NCBI GenBank assembly: GCA_038128225.1
Contig: JAYPJF010000001.1
Span: 240,419-304,418 of the forward strand
DNA length: 64,000 bases
Reading direction: 5' to 3'
Source of the DNA: a bacterium
GTDB lineage: Bacteria > Patescibacteriota > Minisyncoccia > Phycocordibacterales > UBA2100
Shown here: positions 18,951-28,725 of the stretch, piece by piece
How positions within the stretch are numbered: the stretch's first letter is position 1
Layout: every line of letters begins with the position of its first letter
The notes under the pieces: model-generated
Seen by the model: only the letters and a program-made list of their open reading frames with translations
Told to the model about the DNA's origin: nothing
Databases searched by the model: none
Program-made: the position numbers and the translations under genes

Positions 18951-19487
18951 ATGGCGCTCATTGTTCCTGCAGAGTTTGCGACAAACATGAAGTGGACCGT
19001 CACTGCACGGATTGTGTACCTTGTGTGCGTGATGGCTATTGCCGCGGCGAGCATGGTCATGCTCGCAACTTTGCCGGGGTATATAAACATGCGTTCAGAA
19101 AAGCAAAATCTCAGTACCGTTCTTGATGCAACAATGAAGAACGCTGAGGAACAAGAAAAAAACGCAGGACGGGAAACACTTCTCGGTAGCAAACGGCGAA
19201 TCGAAGCGCTTTCCGCAATTGTTGCGCCCACCGAGGCTTCTCGACATATTCTCGACGTGGTAAGCGTCAAACCCTCTGGAGTGGCGTTAACCGCCTTCTC
19301 GTATGTACACAAAAACGGTGAGGGTACATTGGTTGTATCCGGCACGGTTACATCGCGCGCCGCATTGTCGGGGTATGTGCAAGCACTTGAGGCAAGTAAA
19401 CGGTTTAGTTCTGTGGTTGTGCCTATCACAACATTAGCGCGCGTTGAAGAGGGCGAGTTTGACATAACGCTCTCGGGAAATTTTTAA
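18951..19487 (+). CDS. PilN-like pilus assembly protein
   Basis: Follows pilM; N-terminal TM, coiled coil, and ferredoxin-like C-terminus (VSGTVTSRAAL..F..V). Confidence 0.75.
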   Translation: MALIVPAEFATNMKWTVTARIVYLVCVMAIAAASMVMLATLPGYINMRSEKQNLSTVLDATMKNAEEQEKNAGRETLLGSKRRIEALSAIVAPTEASRHILDVVSVKPSGVALTAFSYVHKNGEGTLVVSGTVTSRAALSGYVQALEASKRFSSVVVPITTLARVEEGEFDITLSGNF

Positions 19488-19489
19488 GT

Positions 19490-20011
19490 ATGCGCACACG
19501 AACGATAGTGATGATCAGTGTAAGCGTCGTAATAGCGACCGCGTCAGTGTGTGGCGCTGTGTATTTAATTCAAACAGTGCTTTTCAATAGAGCAGAGGCT
19601 GTGCGATTGTTTCAGGAGATTAACGCTGTAGACAAGCGAACGCAGCATATTTCTGCACTAAAACTAAGCGTGCGAGATACAAATGCCGAACGAGCTCGTC
19701 TTATGAATATTACCGATACGACGGTCGTAACTATCATCGATGATATTGAGGATGCCGCTGCCGCCGCAGGTGTCAAAAGTGTTGTTGATTCGATTTCACC
19801 GACCGAGGCACCGGCCGGTGACGTGTCGCTCTCAAGTTATCTTGTTTCGATTCGATCTGAAGGCCCGTTTACTGCGCTCATGCACGCACTCGCACTCTAC
19901 GAAACATTACCCGCCCCCATTATGGTCGAACAGGTCTTTATCGAACACACAGGCACTGCGTGGGCGATGTCAGTACGTGTGCGCGTACTTGTCGCAGAAA
20001 AAGACGTATGA
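19490..20011 (+). CDS. PilO-like pilus assembly protein
   Basis: Third gene of the pilM operon; TM, coiled coil and EGPF..L..L..YETLP motif. Confidence 0.7.
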   Translation: MRTRTIVMISVSVVIATASVCGAVYLIQTVLFNRAEAVRLFQEINAVDKRTQHISALKLSVRDTNAERARLMNITDTTVVTIIDDIEDAAAAAGVKSVVDSISPTEAPAGDVSLSSYLVSIRSEGPFTALMHALALYETLPAPIMVEQVFIEHTGTAWAMSVRVRVLVAEKDV

Positions 20012-20322
20012 GCATGCTAAAAAAATGTAGAATTGCGTGGACATATCGGGTAGATCCGGCTGCCGAACAATTTCTATTGCAACAACTATGGCTCTATGCG
20101 CTTATGGTATTTGCATGCGCAAGTATTTTTTCACTCGCGTGGGGAGCGTACATTTTTTTCATCCCCGTGAACCAGACGCAAATTGCTGATTCGGGCGGAG
20201 TGCCGGATGCTTTTGATCGGGAAGCACTCACGCAATTGCTCGCACGTTTCGATGAACGGGCAACAAAGCACGGTTCGCTTAAATCAACAAAGCCAACGGT
20301 TTCTGATCCGAGCAAGAATTGA
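20008..20322 (+). CDS. Hypothetical single-TM protein ending the pilMNO operon
   Basis: ATGA overlap with the upstream stop, one TM helix, C-terminal DPS. Confidence 0.65.
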   Translation: MSMLKKCRIAWTYRVDPAAEQFLLQQLWLYALMVFACASIFSLAWGAYIFFIPVNQTQIADSGGVPDAFDREALTQLLARFDERATKHGSLKSTKPTVSDPSKN

Positions 20323-20361
20323 CCAGACGACGTTCTCTAAGTACGATACCAGAACCCAGAA

Positions 20362-20433
20362 GCCCCCGTAGTTCAATGGATAGAACAGGGCTCTTCTAAG
20401 GCCTTAATGTGGGTTCGATTCCTACCGGGGGCA
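20362..20433 (+). tRNA. tRNA-Arg(UCU)
   Basis: GCCCCCG/CGGGGGC acceptor stem, anticodon loop CTTCTAA, GTTCGATTC T-loop. Confidence 0.95.
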
Positions 20434-20444
20434 CAAGAAGTAAT

Positions 20445-20517
20445 GGGCGCTTAGCTCAGTTGGTAGAGCAACCCGTTTACACCGGGAAGGTCAGGGGTTC
20501 AAGTCCCTTAGCGCCCA
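20445..20517 (+). tRNA. tRNA-Val(UAC)
   Basis: GGGCGCT/AGCGCCC acceptor stem, anticodon loop TTTACAC, GTTCAAGTC T-loop. Confidence 0.96.
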
Positions 20518-20524
20518 CAAACGT

Positions 20525-20553
20525 TTGACGAAGACTGTATTGTTGCGTAGCGT
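20525..20553 (+). promoter_or_regulatory. Sigma70-type promoter placing the uppS start codon at about +1 (leaderless)
   Basis: TTGACG-N17-TAGCGT-N6-ATG. Confidence 0.6.
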
Positions 20554-20559
20554 AGTGAG

Positions 20560-21231
20560 ATGGCGCCGGTTAACTGTATCGGAATTATTCTCGATGGGAA
20601 TCGTCGATGGGCGCGAGAGCGTGGCCTCCCCGCGTTTGAGGGACACCGGCAAGGCTTTTTAAAGCTTAAGGAAACTGTTCGGTGGGTACGCGATCGCGCC
20701 ATCCCACACATGGTTGTGTATGCGTTTTCGACGGAAAACTGGGACCGCTCGCAAGAAGAAGTGGGGTATCTCATGGACTTGTTTCGCGAGCTTATCAATA
20801 AACAAGCACAGGAGCTAACAGCCGAAGGGGTAAAAATAAAAATTGTAGGACAGCGAGAACGGTTCGCGCAAGATCTTCAAGAAGGAATGGATCGTATAGA
20901 AAAAGAAAGTGCGCATAATGAGCGCGCTACGTTATGGGTATGTCTTTCTTATGGTGGGCGTGCTGAAATTGTGCAGGCTGTGCAAAAAGCCGCGGCGCAA
21001 GGAATAGTAAATGAAGAAACATTAAGTGCCTCACTGTGGACCACGGGTATGCCGGATCCTGACATCATCGTGCGCACGAGTGGCGAGCAACGACTTTCCG
21101 GTTTTCTCACATGGCAGAGCGTGTACAGTGAGCTTTTTTTCATCGAGCCTCATTGGCCGGATTTCAATGAAGCGCTTTTGGATGGGATACTGAATGAGTA
21201 TGCAGACCGAGAACGGCGGCACGGCAAATGA
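20560..21231 (+). CDS. uppS: Undecaprenyl/polyprenyl diphosphate synthase
   Basis: IILDGNRRWA, YAFSTENW, SYGGR and RTSGEQRLSGFL motifs. Confidence 0.97.
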   Translation: MAPVNCIGIILDGNRRWARERGLPAFEGHRQGFLKLKETVRWVRDRAIPHMVVYAFSTENWDRSQEEVGYLMDLFRELINKQAQELTAEGVKIKIVGQRERFAQDLQEGMDRIEKESAHNERATLWVCLSYGGRAEIVQAVQKAAAQGIVNEETLSASLWTTGMPDPDIIVRTSGEQRLSGFLTWQSVYSELFFIEPHWPDFNEALLDGILNEYADRERRHGK

Positions 21232-21961
21232 GCCGCGTATAATTTTTGAAAACAATGACGTGCTGGTTATTGATAAACCAGCGGGTTTGATTGTGCACTC
21301 AGATGGGCGGACACACGAACCATCGGTATGCGACTGGGTTATTGCGCGACACCCGGAGATGAAAGGGGTTGGTGAGCCATGGGTCTCTCCTCAAGGAAAC
21401 ACAATCGATCGCCCGGGTATTGTGCATCGACTCGACCGTACTACTTCGGGGGTGATGATCATTGCGAGAACTAAAACAGCGCACGCGTTTCTCAAAGCGC
21501 AATTTCAAGCAAGAACGGTGATAAAAAAGTATCTTGCCATCGTGTACGGTCATCCTAAAGAAGACACTGGTGTCATTGAGGCAGAAATTGGAAGAAGCGC
21601 GACGCGACCTCGTCGGTGGTCGGCACAATTTGGTGCAAAAGGAAACAAGCGAGCGGCGGTTACTCACTGGAAAGTTCTTAAGCGATTTGAAGACCCGGAA
21701 ACAGCGGCGCCGCTCGCGCTTGTCGAGGCGCAGCCGAAGACGGGGCGTACGCATCAGATTCGAGTGCATTTGAAAGCAATCCGCCACCCGATCGTTTGCG
21801 ATGCGCTGTACGCGGAAAAAAAGCCTTGTCTTTTTGGCTTTACGCGGCCCGCGCTTCATGCGTGGTCTCTGGCGCTTGAGTTGCCTGATGGTACGCGTGC
21901 CGAATTTGAAGCGCCATTACCTGCCAGTTTTGCGAAAGCATTGACACAGCCGCCTTTTTAA
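21194..21961 (+). CDS. RluA/RluD family pseudouridine synthase
   Basis: IDKPAGL, GIVHRLDRTTSG and TGRTHQIRVH motifs. Confidence 0.95.
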   Translation: MSMQTENGGTANEPRIIFENNDVLVIDKPAGLIVHSDGRTHEPSVCDWVIARHPEMKGVGEPWVSPQGNTIDRPGIVHRLDRTTSGVMIIARTKTAHAFLKAQFQARTVIKKYLAIVYGHPKEDTGVIEAEIGRSATRPRRWSAQFGAKGNKRAAVTHWKVLKRFEDPETAAPLALVEAQPKTGRTHQIRVHLKAIRHPIVCDALYAEKKPCLFGFTRPALHAWSLALELPDGTRAEFEAPLPASFAKALTQPPF

Positions 21962-21999
21962 AGCATAAAGCACACCGGTATCAAGATGAGGAGAAAGAA

Positions 22000-22521
22000 A
22001 TGAGATCATTGATTGCGGTGATATTTTTACTGCTCGCTGGGCAAAGTCATGCGGCAGGGTTAGATGTTTTGGACCACTCGGAGCTTTTGAACAGTACGGA
22101 GACTCGCGGATTGTGCACGATGGCCCGAGAAGTTCTTGAGTCACAATCAAAAAATATTGCAATTGTGCTCGGGTTCATCTCTCAGCACGAAAGCCTTCGC
22201 GCAGATCTCGAAAGCGTCGGGATACTAGAGCGTGCACGGGCGCAGCTTTCGAAAAAGAAAAAACTCGCCCGAAGTGCTGATAACGATACAGTGATTGCCG
22301 TATTGAGGCACATGCTCTCGGCGGATGATTTCGAGGCACGAACCCTGATTTCAACATGCGTTTTTTCGTGGGTCGGGAATTTTTTTGCAAATCGCGACGA
22401 TATAAAACTCGCGCAACAACGAGCAAAAAAACTGATCCACAATGTCTCAGATGTGGCGCAACGAACTAAGGATGCGGTTGTGACCAAAGCATTGGGAGAG
22501 ATTTTGGAGGGACTGGAATAG
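22000..22521 (+). CDS. Secreted helical hypothetical protein
   Basis: GAGGAG RBS, signal peptide ending SHA, own terminator. Confidence 0.7.
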   Translation: MRSLIAVIFLLLAGQSHAAGLDVLDHSELLNSTETRGLCTMAREVLESQSKNIAIVLGFISQHESLRADLESVGILERARAQLSKKKKLARSADNDTVIAVLRHMLSADDFEARTLISTCVFSWVGNFFANRDDIKLAQQRAKKLIHNVSDVAQRTKDAVVTKALGEILEGLE

Positions 22522-22526
22522 CAAAA

Positions 22527-22553
22527 AGCGGCCACGGAATTTCCGTGGCCGCT
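22527..22553. terminator. GC-rich hairpin/terminator
   Basis: AGCGGCCACGGA-att-TCCGTGGCCGCT perfect stem. Confidence 0.7.
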
Positions 22554-22594
22554 CACTTGCTCCCACGACTTCTTTCTGGTACAGTGCGCGCCAC

Positions 22595-23089
22595 ATGAAA
22601 GGGGTTACCATTTCACAAGTAAATATGAGCGCGCGCCAAGAACTCGGTATTAAACCGGGCGATACAGTTCGCGTCTGGCAAAAAGTAAAAGAAAAAGACG
22701 GTTTTCGTCTTCAGGCATTTGAAGGTTTAGTCCTTGCAGTAAAACACGGCAAGGAAGCGGGAGGTACTTTTACGGTCCGCAAAGTAACGAGCGGAGTTGG
22801 TGTGGAAAAAATCTACCCACTATACTCACCGATGATTGACCGAATTGAGATTGTGCGGCGCGCAAAAGTGCGTCGTGCAAAGCTGTATTACATCCGAGAA
22901 AAAGTCTCGCGCGAAACCAAGCGCGCGCTTCGACGCATGACTTTGGTAAGCGTTTCAGATAAATCACGTTCTGACGCAGGGGGTGATGGGTCGCTAACGG
23001 ATGCCGCTGCTCTTGAGGCCGAAGCGGCAGTGGTTGCAGAGGTTAGTGGCGAAACAGTTCCCGCTGGAACTGAAGACAAAAAAGAGTAA
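22595..23089 (+). CDS. rplS: 50S ribosomal protein L19 with acidic C-terminal tail
   Basis: PGDTVRV, RLQAFEG, TFTVRK..GVGVE and [11 protein letters not shown] motifs. Confidence 0.97.
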   Translation: MKGVTISQVNMSARQELGIKPGDTVRVWQKVKEKDGFRLQAFEGLVLAVKHGKEAGGTFTVRKVTSGVGVEKIYPLYSPMIDRIEIVRRAKVRRAKLYYIREKVSRETKRALRRMTLVSVSDKSRSDAGGDGSLTDAAALEAEAAVVAEVSGETVPAGTEDKKE

Positions 23090-23100
23090 CATACACACAC

Positions 23101-23184
23101 GCGCAGGTGGCGAAATTGGCAGACGCACTACCTTGAGGTGGTAGCTCCCGCAAGGGAATGGAGGTTCAAGTCCTCTCCTGCGCA
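23101..23184 (+). tRNA. tRNA-Leu(GAG)
   Basis: GCGCAGG/CCTGCGC acceptor stem, CTACC-TTGAGGT-GGTAG anticodon arm, long variable arm. Confidence 0.96.
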
Positions 23185-23185
23185 C

Positions 23186-23743
23186 ATGGCTTTATACACT
23201 GGTAAGGGTGACCAGGGCACTTCAAAATTGTTCGATACTCCGCAGGGCGCACGGATATCCAAAGGAGATCCAGTTTTTGAAGCACTTGGCACACTCGACG
23301 AGCTCAACTCCACTATTGGGTGGGCAAGGATCGGAGTTCCTGGTAATTGCATGGTTGCAGGAAAACCCCTTTCGGCAATTTTGCACAATGCGCAAAATGC
23401 TCTTTTTACGATACAAGCAGAGGTTGCGGGAGCACAAAAAACAATTCCCGCCGACATTGTCGAGCAGGTAGAAGCGGTCATTCATGCGATTGATGAAGAG
23501 ATTCCGCCGATCAAAGCTTTTATTGTGCCTGGCGGAAGTGAGTTATCGTCGCGACTTGATATCGCGCGTACGCTTGCGCGACGAACAGAGCGTCGTGTTG
23601 TCACTGTTGCAGATGAAAAAGCACGAAGTGTTGGAGAGCACTCGCTGAGGTTTCTTAACAGACTCTCGTCTCTTTTGTATGCACTTGCGCGCGTAGTGAA
23701 TTATCGACATGGCGTCAACGAAACGCCGCCACATTATTTGTAA
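23186..23743 (+). CDS. PduO-type ATP:cob(I)alamin adenosyltransferase
   Basis: LYTGKGDQGTS, EALGTLDELNS, FIVPGG, ARTLARRTER and LNRLSS motifs. Confidence 0.93.
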   Translation: MALYTGKGDQGTSKLFDTPQGARISKGDPVFEALGTLDELNSTIGWARIGVPGNCMVAGKPLSAILHNAQNALFTIQAEVAGAQKTIPADIVEQVEAVIHAIDEEIPPIKAFIVPGGSELSSRLDIARTLARRTERRVVTVADEKARSVGEHSLRFLNRLSSLLYALARVVNYRHGVNETPPHYL

Positions 23744-23785
23744 TGCGTGCGTTTTAAGGGTAACGTGATATAACAAAACGCGAAT

Positions 23786-23858
23786 GGTGGTCGTAGCTCA
23801 ACGGTAGAGCTCTGGTTTGTGGTACCAGCGGTTGTGGGTTCGAGTCCCATCGACCACC
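23786..23858 (+). tRNA. tRNA-His(GUG)
   Basis: G-1 plus GTGGTCG/CGACCAC stem, C73, anticodon arm CTGGT-TTGTGGT-ACCAG. Confidence 0.96.
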
Positions 23859-23882
23859 CAAATGATACGGTACAATAGCGCG

Positions 23883-24875
23883 ATGCGCCGGCTATTTTTG
23901 GGGCCAAGTATAGTAACTGCAATCGGACTTTTTTCAGTCTGGTTTATCGGGGGTTGGCCTGCGGTGGTCACTACTAGTATCCTGATAGTGCTTGAAGTGA
24001 CGCTGTCGTTTGATAATGCGGTAGTGAACGCGGGGGTACTTCGCGATATGCCGCGTATTTGGCAGCGACGTTTTCTAACTTGGGGCATACTGATCGCGGT
24101 ATTTGGTACACGACTTATTCTTCCGATTTTGATCGTGAGCGCCACGGCTCTCGTGTCTCCATTTGCGGTGGCACTTCTCGCGGTGCAGGATACGCATGCG
24201 TATGGGGCACTTCTTGAAGAAGCGCATTATGCGATCGCTGCGTTTGGAAGTGCGTTTCTTTTTTTGGTTGCACTCAAGTATTTTCTCAACGACGCCAAAG
24301 ATTTTCATTGGATTGCGATTGTTGAAAAACGCATGGCGAAATGGGGGAACATTGAGGCAATCGAAATCGCGCTTGTACTCGCACTCCTGGTTATCATTAG
24401 TGCATGGGTACCACATGCGGCGACGCATATACTCGCAGCAGGTGTAGTTGGAGTAATTATTTTTGTGCTTATGGAAGGGGTTACTGCTTCAGCCGCACAC
24501 CATGCGCGCACGTTGACCGCGGGTCTTGGTGGTTTTATATACCTAAACATACTCGATTCAGCGTTTTCTCTTGATGGTGTGATTGGCGCTTTCGCAATTA
24601 CGAGCAACTTATTGATCATAGCTGTCGGGCTCGGTATCGGTGCTTATTTTGTTCGGACACTTACAATCTATCTTGTTGAAGAAAAAACACTTGCGCACCT
24701 TCCGTATCTTGAACATGGCGCTCATTGGGCAGTATTCGGCCTTGCAGGTGCTATGGCGATCGGATTAGTGGTGCGTGTGCCTGAACCGGTGGTTGCCGGA
24801 ATTGGACTTATATTCATTGTTGCCGCGTACCTGTCTTCAATTCGCGAACGGGTGCATACTGAGGCACGTCATTGA
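23883..24875 (+). CDS. DUF475 / TerC-related integral membrane protein
   Basis: LEVTLSFDNAVVNA, FLTWGILIAVFG, DSAFSLDGVIGAFAI and YLEHGAHWA motifs. Confidence 0.9.
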   Translation: MRRLFLGPSIVTAIGLFSVWFIGGWPAVVTTSILIVLEVTLSFDNAVVNAGVLRDMPRIWQRRFLTWGILIAVFGTRLILPILIVSATALVSPFAVALLAVQDTHAYGALLEEAHYAIAAFGSAFLFLVALKYFLNDAKDFHWIAIVEKRMAKWGNIEAIEIALVLALLVIISAWVPHAATHILAAGVVGVIIFVLMEGVTASAAHHARTLTAGLGGFIYLNILDSAFSLDGVIGAFAITSNLLIIAVGLGIGAYFVRTLTIYLVEEKTLAHLPYLEHGAHWAVFGLAGAMAIGLVVRVPEPVVAGIGLIFIVAAYLSSIRERVHTEARH

Positions 24876-24960
24876 CTTATTCTTAAAGATGAGCTTTACT
24901 AGGGGCGCAAGGTTAGTCTCTTAATACAAGGCATGTAGGAGGGGATAGGTTGGTCTTGCA
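24872..24960 (+). promoter_or_regulatory. Promoter and long G-U-rich 5' UTR hairpin of RRM gene
   Basis: TTGACT-N17-TTTACT; GCAAGGTTAG (24907) pairs with TTGGTCTTGC (24950-24959), with inner TCTCTT/AGGGGA and TACA/TGTA stems. Confidence 0.5.
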
Positions 24961-24985
24961 GTTTACGAAAAATTTTTGTAATCGC

Positions 24986-25249
24986 ATGTCTACAAAACTG
25001 TACGTCGGAGGCATTCCATGGAAAACCACGGAAGACGAACTCCGCGAACACTTTTCTCAGGCGGGTGCTGTAGCATCGGCGATGGTGATCACCGATCGCG
25101 CAACTGGACGCTCAAAAGGCTTCGGTTTCGTTGAGATGGAATCTGATGAGGATGCTCAAAAGGCAATCAGCATGTTCCACGATCAGGATTTTGGTGGTCG
25201 CCGTCTTACGGTGAACATTGCACGTCCTAAGGAGGAGCGCCCAATGTAA
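24986..25249 (+). CDS. Single-RRM RNA-binding protein
   Basis: KLYVGGI (RNP2) and SKGFGFVEM (RNP1) motifs. Confidence 0.96.
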   Translation: MSTKLYVGGIPWKTTEDELREHFSQAGAVASAMVITDRATGRSKGFGFVEMESDEDAQKAISMFHDQDFGGRRLTVNIARPKEERPM

Positions 25250-25262
25250 GTGTTCCCGCTGC

Positions 25263-25296
25263 CACAAATACCCCCTTTGGGGGTATTTGTGTTTTC
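25263..25296. terminator. Bidirectional terminator
   Basis: CACAAATACCCCC-ttt-GGGGGTATTTGTG between convergent genes. Confidence 0.8.
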
Positions 25297-25300
25297 GGGA

Positions 25301-26071
25301 TTACTCAAAGACGAGAAGCATCGCCACGAGCGCTATTCCAAGAAGAACTGCGGCAAATTGAATAAACGATGTTGTGGGCGCATTAGTTTTATGCAACTCA
25401 GGGACAAGGTCCGCCATTGCAATGTATATGAATGAACCTGCAGCGATCGCAGAAAGCAGTGGGACTGCGTGTTCGATCGATGCACCAACAGCAAGAGCGA
25501 TAAAAGCACCAAAAAACGCAGAGAGTGCTGAAAGAAAATTGAGGGCAATTGCCTTACTGCGAGAAAATCCTGCGTGGAGTAATACACCAAAATCTCCGAT
25601 TTCCTGCGGCAGTTCATGGAGTGCTACTGCAATAACTGTGGCGATACCTGCTTGTGGGCTAACCAAAAATCCTGCCGCAACAATCACGCCGTCGAGTATG
25701 TTGTGAAGCACGTCGGATGCGATGGTGAGATATCCGTACGGTGCGATGTGATGAGCACAGTCCGTACACTCAACGCCTTTTCCTTCGTGTGTTTCGTGAT
25801 GGTGATGCCAATGGAGGAATTTTTCAAGAACAAAAAAAACACCAAGACCACCAAAGATACCCCAGACTGCTATGCTGATAGGAAGTGCTTCAAATGCTTC
25901 CGGTATGAGATGGATGAACGCATCTCCGAGAAGTGCTCCTACAGCGACTCCAACGAAGATCGGCAATAGTGCGCGTATGTGTTTACCGGCGGGTAGTGTG
26001 AAAACGCCCACCAAAGAAATAAGGCTGATGCCTGTTATTGATACCGCGGTGAGCATAAACACCTCCTGCAT
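25301..26071 (-). CDS. ZIP family zinc/metal transporter
   Basis: GALLGDAFIHLIPEA, His-rich loop HWHHHH, HNILDG and HELPQEIGDF motifs. Confidence 0.95.
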   Translation of the reverse strand: MQEVFMLTAVSITGISLISLVGVFTLPAGKHIRALLPIFVGVAVGALLGDAFIHLIPEAFEALPISIAVWGIFGGLGVFFVLEKFLHWHHHHETHEGKGVECTDCAHHIAPYGYLTIASDVLHNILDGVIVAAGFLVSPQAGIATVIAVALHELPQEIGDFGVLLHAGFSRSKAIALNFLSALSAFFGAFIALAVGASIEHAVPLLSAIAAGSFIYIAMADLVPELHKTNAPTTSFIQFAAVLLGIALVAMLLVFE

Positions 26072-26219
26072 ATGTAGAGCATGCCTGGTAACGGTATTTT
26101 CGCAAGCTCGTGTGTCCCCAGTAGTTTGACTGTCTTTGTAAGGAGCGGCGCTATACTGCGTCTTATGGGCAGAGGTTGGTAGCGCCCTCTTTTATTACTT
26201 ACATGCTACGGATGTAGTT

Positions 26220-27035
26220 ATGGATACACAAAAACAGGAAATACATATCATGCCGCCTGCGATGGTGGTAAAGGCCGCGACTGCGGCGTTGGGTGTGCTT
26301 GCGTTGTGGGGCGCTGCACAATTTCTTATTTCTCTTAAAGAATATCGTTTCGTTGGTTCAGGCACTACCGCGACCAACACCATCACCGTTTCTGGAGAAG
26401 GGGAGGTGTTTGCCGTTCCTGATTTGGCGACGTTCTCTCTGACGGTTCGTGAAGAAGCGAAAGAAGTCAAAGATGCGCAAAAAACAGCAACGGAAAAGGG
26501 TAACAAGATTATCGCAGCTCTTAAAGCGGCTGGGGTTGATGAAAAAGATATCAAGACAACGTCATATAACGTTAATCCAAAATACGAGTGGTATGAAGCG
26601 GTTTGTACTGAACTGCGCTGTCCACCAGGGAGACAAGAGATGGTTGGATTTGAAGTATGGCAAACCGTCGAGGTAAAAGTACGAGACACTGAAAAAGCAG
26701 GAGACATACTTTCACAAGTCGGTGGTCTCGGCGTGTCTGATATCAGTGGACTGTCGTTCACTATTGATGACGAAGACGCGCTCAAAACAGATGCACGCGA
26801 ACAGGCGATCGGGGATGCTGAAGCAAAAGCAAAAGAGCTTGCGGGGCAGCTTGGGGTAGAACTTGTCCGCATTGTTGGCTTTACTGAAGACGCGGGCGGT
26901 TACATGCCGTACTATAAAACGGCACGAATGGAAATGGCGGTAGCAATGGATTCAAGTGGCGCCGCTGCACCAGAGCTTCCGGTGGGAGAAAATAAAATTG
27001 TTTCGAACGTGACTATAACCTACGAGATTAGGTAG
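26220..27035 (+). CDS. SIMPL domain (DUF541/BP26-like) protein
   Basis: ITVSGEGEV..PDLA, DIKTTSYNVNP.Y, AIGDAEAKAKELA and GENKI..V..TYEI motifs. Confidence 0.92.
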   Translation: MDTQKQEIHIMPPAMVVKAATAALGVLALWGAAQFLISLKEYRFVGSGTTATNTITVSGEGEVFAVPDLATFSLTVREEAKEVKDAQKTATEKGNKIIAALKAAGVDEKDIKTTSYNVNPKYEWYEAVCTELRCPPGRQEMVGFEVWQTVEVKVRDTEKAGDILSQVGGLGVSDISGLSFTIDDEDALKTDAREQAIGDAEAKAKELAGQLGVELVRIVGFTEDAGGYMPYYKTARMEMAVAMDSSGAAAPELPVGENKIVSNVTITYEIR

Positions 27036-27059
27036 TGGCCATGTTTTCGTGACACTGTC

Positions 27060-27365
27060 ATGGCAAAGAGAGACGCGCTCGCAGTGGTTGCTGCTTTGTT
27101 TGCAACACTTGCCGATCCGACCCGGTGTCGGATCGTGCACGCGTTGCTACGCAAGGCGGCAGGCTTATATGTTTTTGAAATTGCGGCAAAAGTAAAAACG
27201 TCGCATTCGGCAGTCAGCCACCAGCTCGCAACATTAACCCGAGCTGGTTTTGTCACAGGAACCCGTCATGGCCAAGCTATGCGATACGTGCTCGCAAAAG
27301 ATACCAAGACAAAAGCGTTATTCACCGCATTTGAGTCATTGTATGTACAAGCGAGAGGTAAATAG
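27060..27365 (+). CDS. ArsR/SmtB family transcriptional regulator
   Basis: FATLADPTRCRIV..V.EIA..SHSAVSHQL..L..V..R.G motif. Confidence 0.9.
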   Translation: MAKRDALAVVAALFATLADPTRCRIVHALLRKAAGLYVFEIAAKVKTSHSAVSHQLATLTRAGFVTGTRHGQAMRYVLAKDTKTKALFTAFESLYVQARGK

Positions 27366-27443
27366 ACGACTCTTGACTTCTGCAACAGCGTCACGTACTA
27401 TGTGGTCACTGAGGCGCCCGTAGGGCGTTTTTGATTAGAGATT

Positions 27444-27737
27444 ATGTCATCATTCATGCAATATCTTCGAGATACGCGCACTGAACTGAAGCATGTAGCG
27501 TGGCCTACACAACAGCAGACGACGGTGTTCACGATACTTGTTATAGTCATTTCGATCGCGCTCGCGTTTTACATTGGATTTTTTGATTTTGTATTCACAC
27601 AGGCGCTTGAGCGTGGGATTGAATGGCATGTCGGCAACACCGTTTCTCCATCCGAGACATTCCCTGTGTTTGATACGGGAACAACGAATACAACAACACC
27701 TACCGCAGACTTCTCGGTAACAGGAGGCCAGAATTAA
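27444..27737 (+). CDS. secE: Preprotein translocase subunit SecE
   Basis: ELKHVAWP motif plus TM helix; upstream of nusG. Confidence 0.93.
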   Translation: MSSFMQYLRDTRTELKHVAWPTQQQTTVFTILVIVISIALAFYIGFFDFVFTQALERGIEWHVGNTVSPSETFPVFDTGTTNTTTPTADFSVTGGQN

Positions 27738-27740
27738 TAT

Positions 27741-28286
27741 ATGAGTAAACAAGTTCATGGGGCGCAACGCGGATGGTATGCGATACACACTTATTCAGGG
27801 TATGAAGATGCAGTGGCGCGCAACCTAAAGCAGCGTGTGGATTCTTTCGGCATGAAAGATCAGATTTTCGCAGTAGTGGTCCCCGCAGAGAAAAAAGTGC
27901 GTATCAAAAGTGGGCGCAAAACCGAAGTGCGGGAAAAAATGCTTTCCGGGTATGTACTTGTCGATATGATTCCGACCGATGAAGCTTGGAGCGTTGTGCG
28001 AAACACGCCACAAGTCACAGGGTTCGTGGGCACAGCAAACCAGGCGGTACCGCTTACGCAGCAGGAAGTTGATGGCATTTTTTCTCGCATGAGCGACGAT
28101 CAAGTTAAACACACGATTGATTTGAGCGTTGATGATGCGGTGTTGATTATCGATGGGCCATTCAAAGATCTTGAAGGAAAAGTAGGGGAGATTGACGAAG
28201 CGCGAGGAAAGGTTAAGGTGATGGTCCCGATGTTCGGCCGGGAAACCCCGGTAGAGCTCGAGGCAGACCAGGTACAACGTATTTAG
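27741..28286 (+). CDS. nusG: Transcription termination/antitermination factor NusG
   Basis: [26 protein letters not shown] motif GPF, and [10 protein letters not shown]. Confidence 0.97.
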   Translation: MSKQVHGAQRGWYAIHTYSGYEDAVARNLKQRVDSFGMKDQIFAVVVPAEKKVRIKSGRKTEVREKMLSGYVLVDMIPTDEAWSVVRNTPQVTGFVGTANQAVPLTQQEVDGIFSRMSDDQVKHTIDLSVDDAVLIIDGPFKDLEGKVGEIDEARGKVKVMVPMFGRETPVELEADQVQRI

Positions 28287-28287
28287 T

Positions 28288-28710
28288 ATGGCAAAAAAAG
28301 TAGCAAAACTAATCAAGTTACAATTAGAAGCAGGGAAAGCGACTGCAGCGCCGCCAGTTGGTACGGTGCTCGGCCCTGCCGGGGTAAATATTGGCGAGTT
28401 TGTGAAGCAGTTTAACGAGGTGACCCGGGACAAAATGGGAACGATCATACCTGTTTTGATGACGGTGTACGAAGATCGCAGCTTCACCTTCATCATGAAA
28501 AAACCGCCTGCGTCACGCTTGATTCTCAAAAAAGCGGGGCTCGCAAAAGGCTCAGGAAAGACTCCAAACGAAAAAGCAGGCGCCATCACACCGGCGCAGC
28601 TTGCAGAAATTGCGGAAGAAAAAATGGAAGATTTGAACGCGGGCTCGTTGGACGCTGCGAAAAAAATTATCGCTGGCACTGCGCGTTCGATGGGGGTCGA
28701 CATAAAGTAA
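28288..28710 (+). CDS. rplK: 50S ribosomal protein L11
   Basis: [16 protein letters not shown] and [10 protein letters not shown] motifs. Confidence 0.98.
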   Translation: MAKKVAKLIKLQLEAGKATAAPPVGTVLGPAGVNIGEFVKQFNEVTRDKMGTIIPVLMTVYEDRSFTFIMKKPPASRLILKKAGLAKGSGKTPNEKAGAITPAQLAEIAEEKMEDLNAGSLDAAKKIIAGTARSMGVDIK

Positions 28711-28725
28711 CACAACAACTCAATA

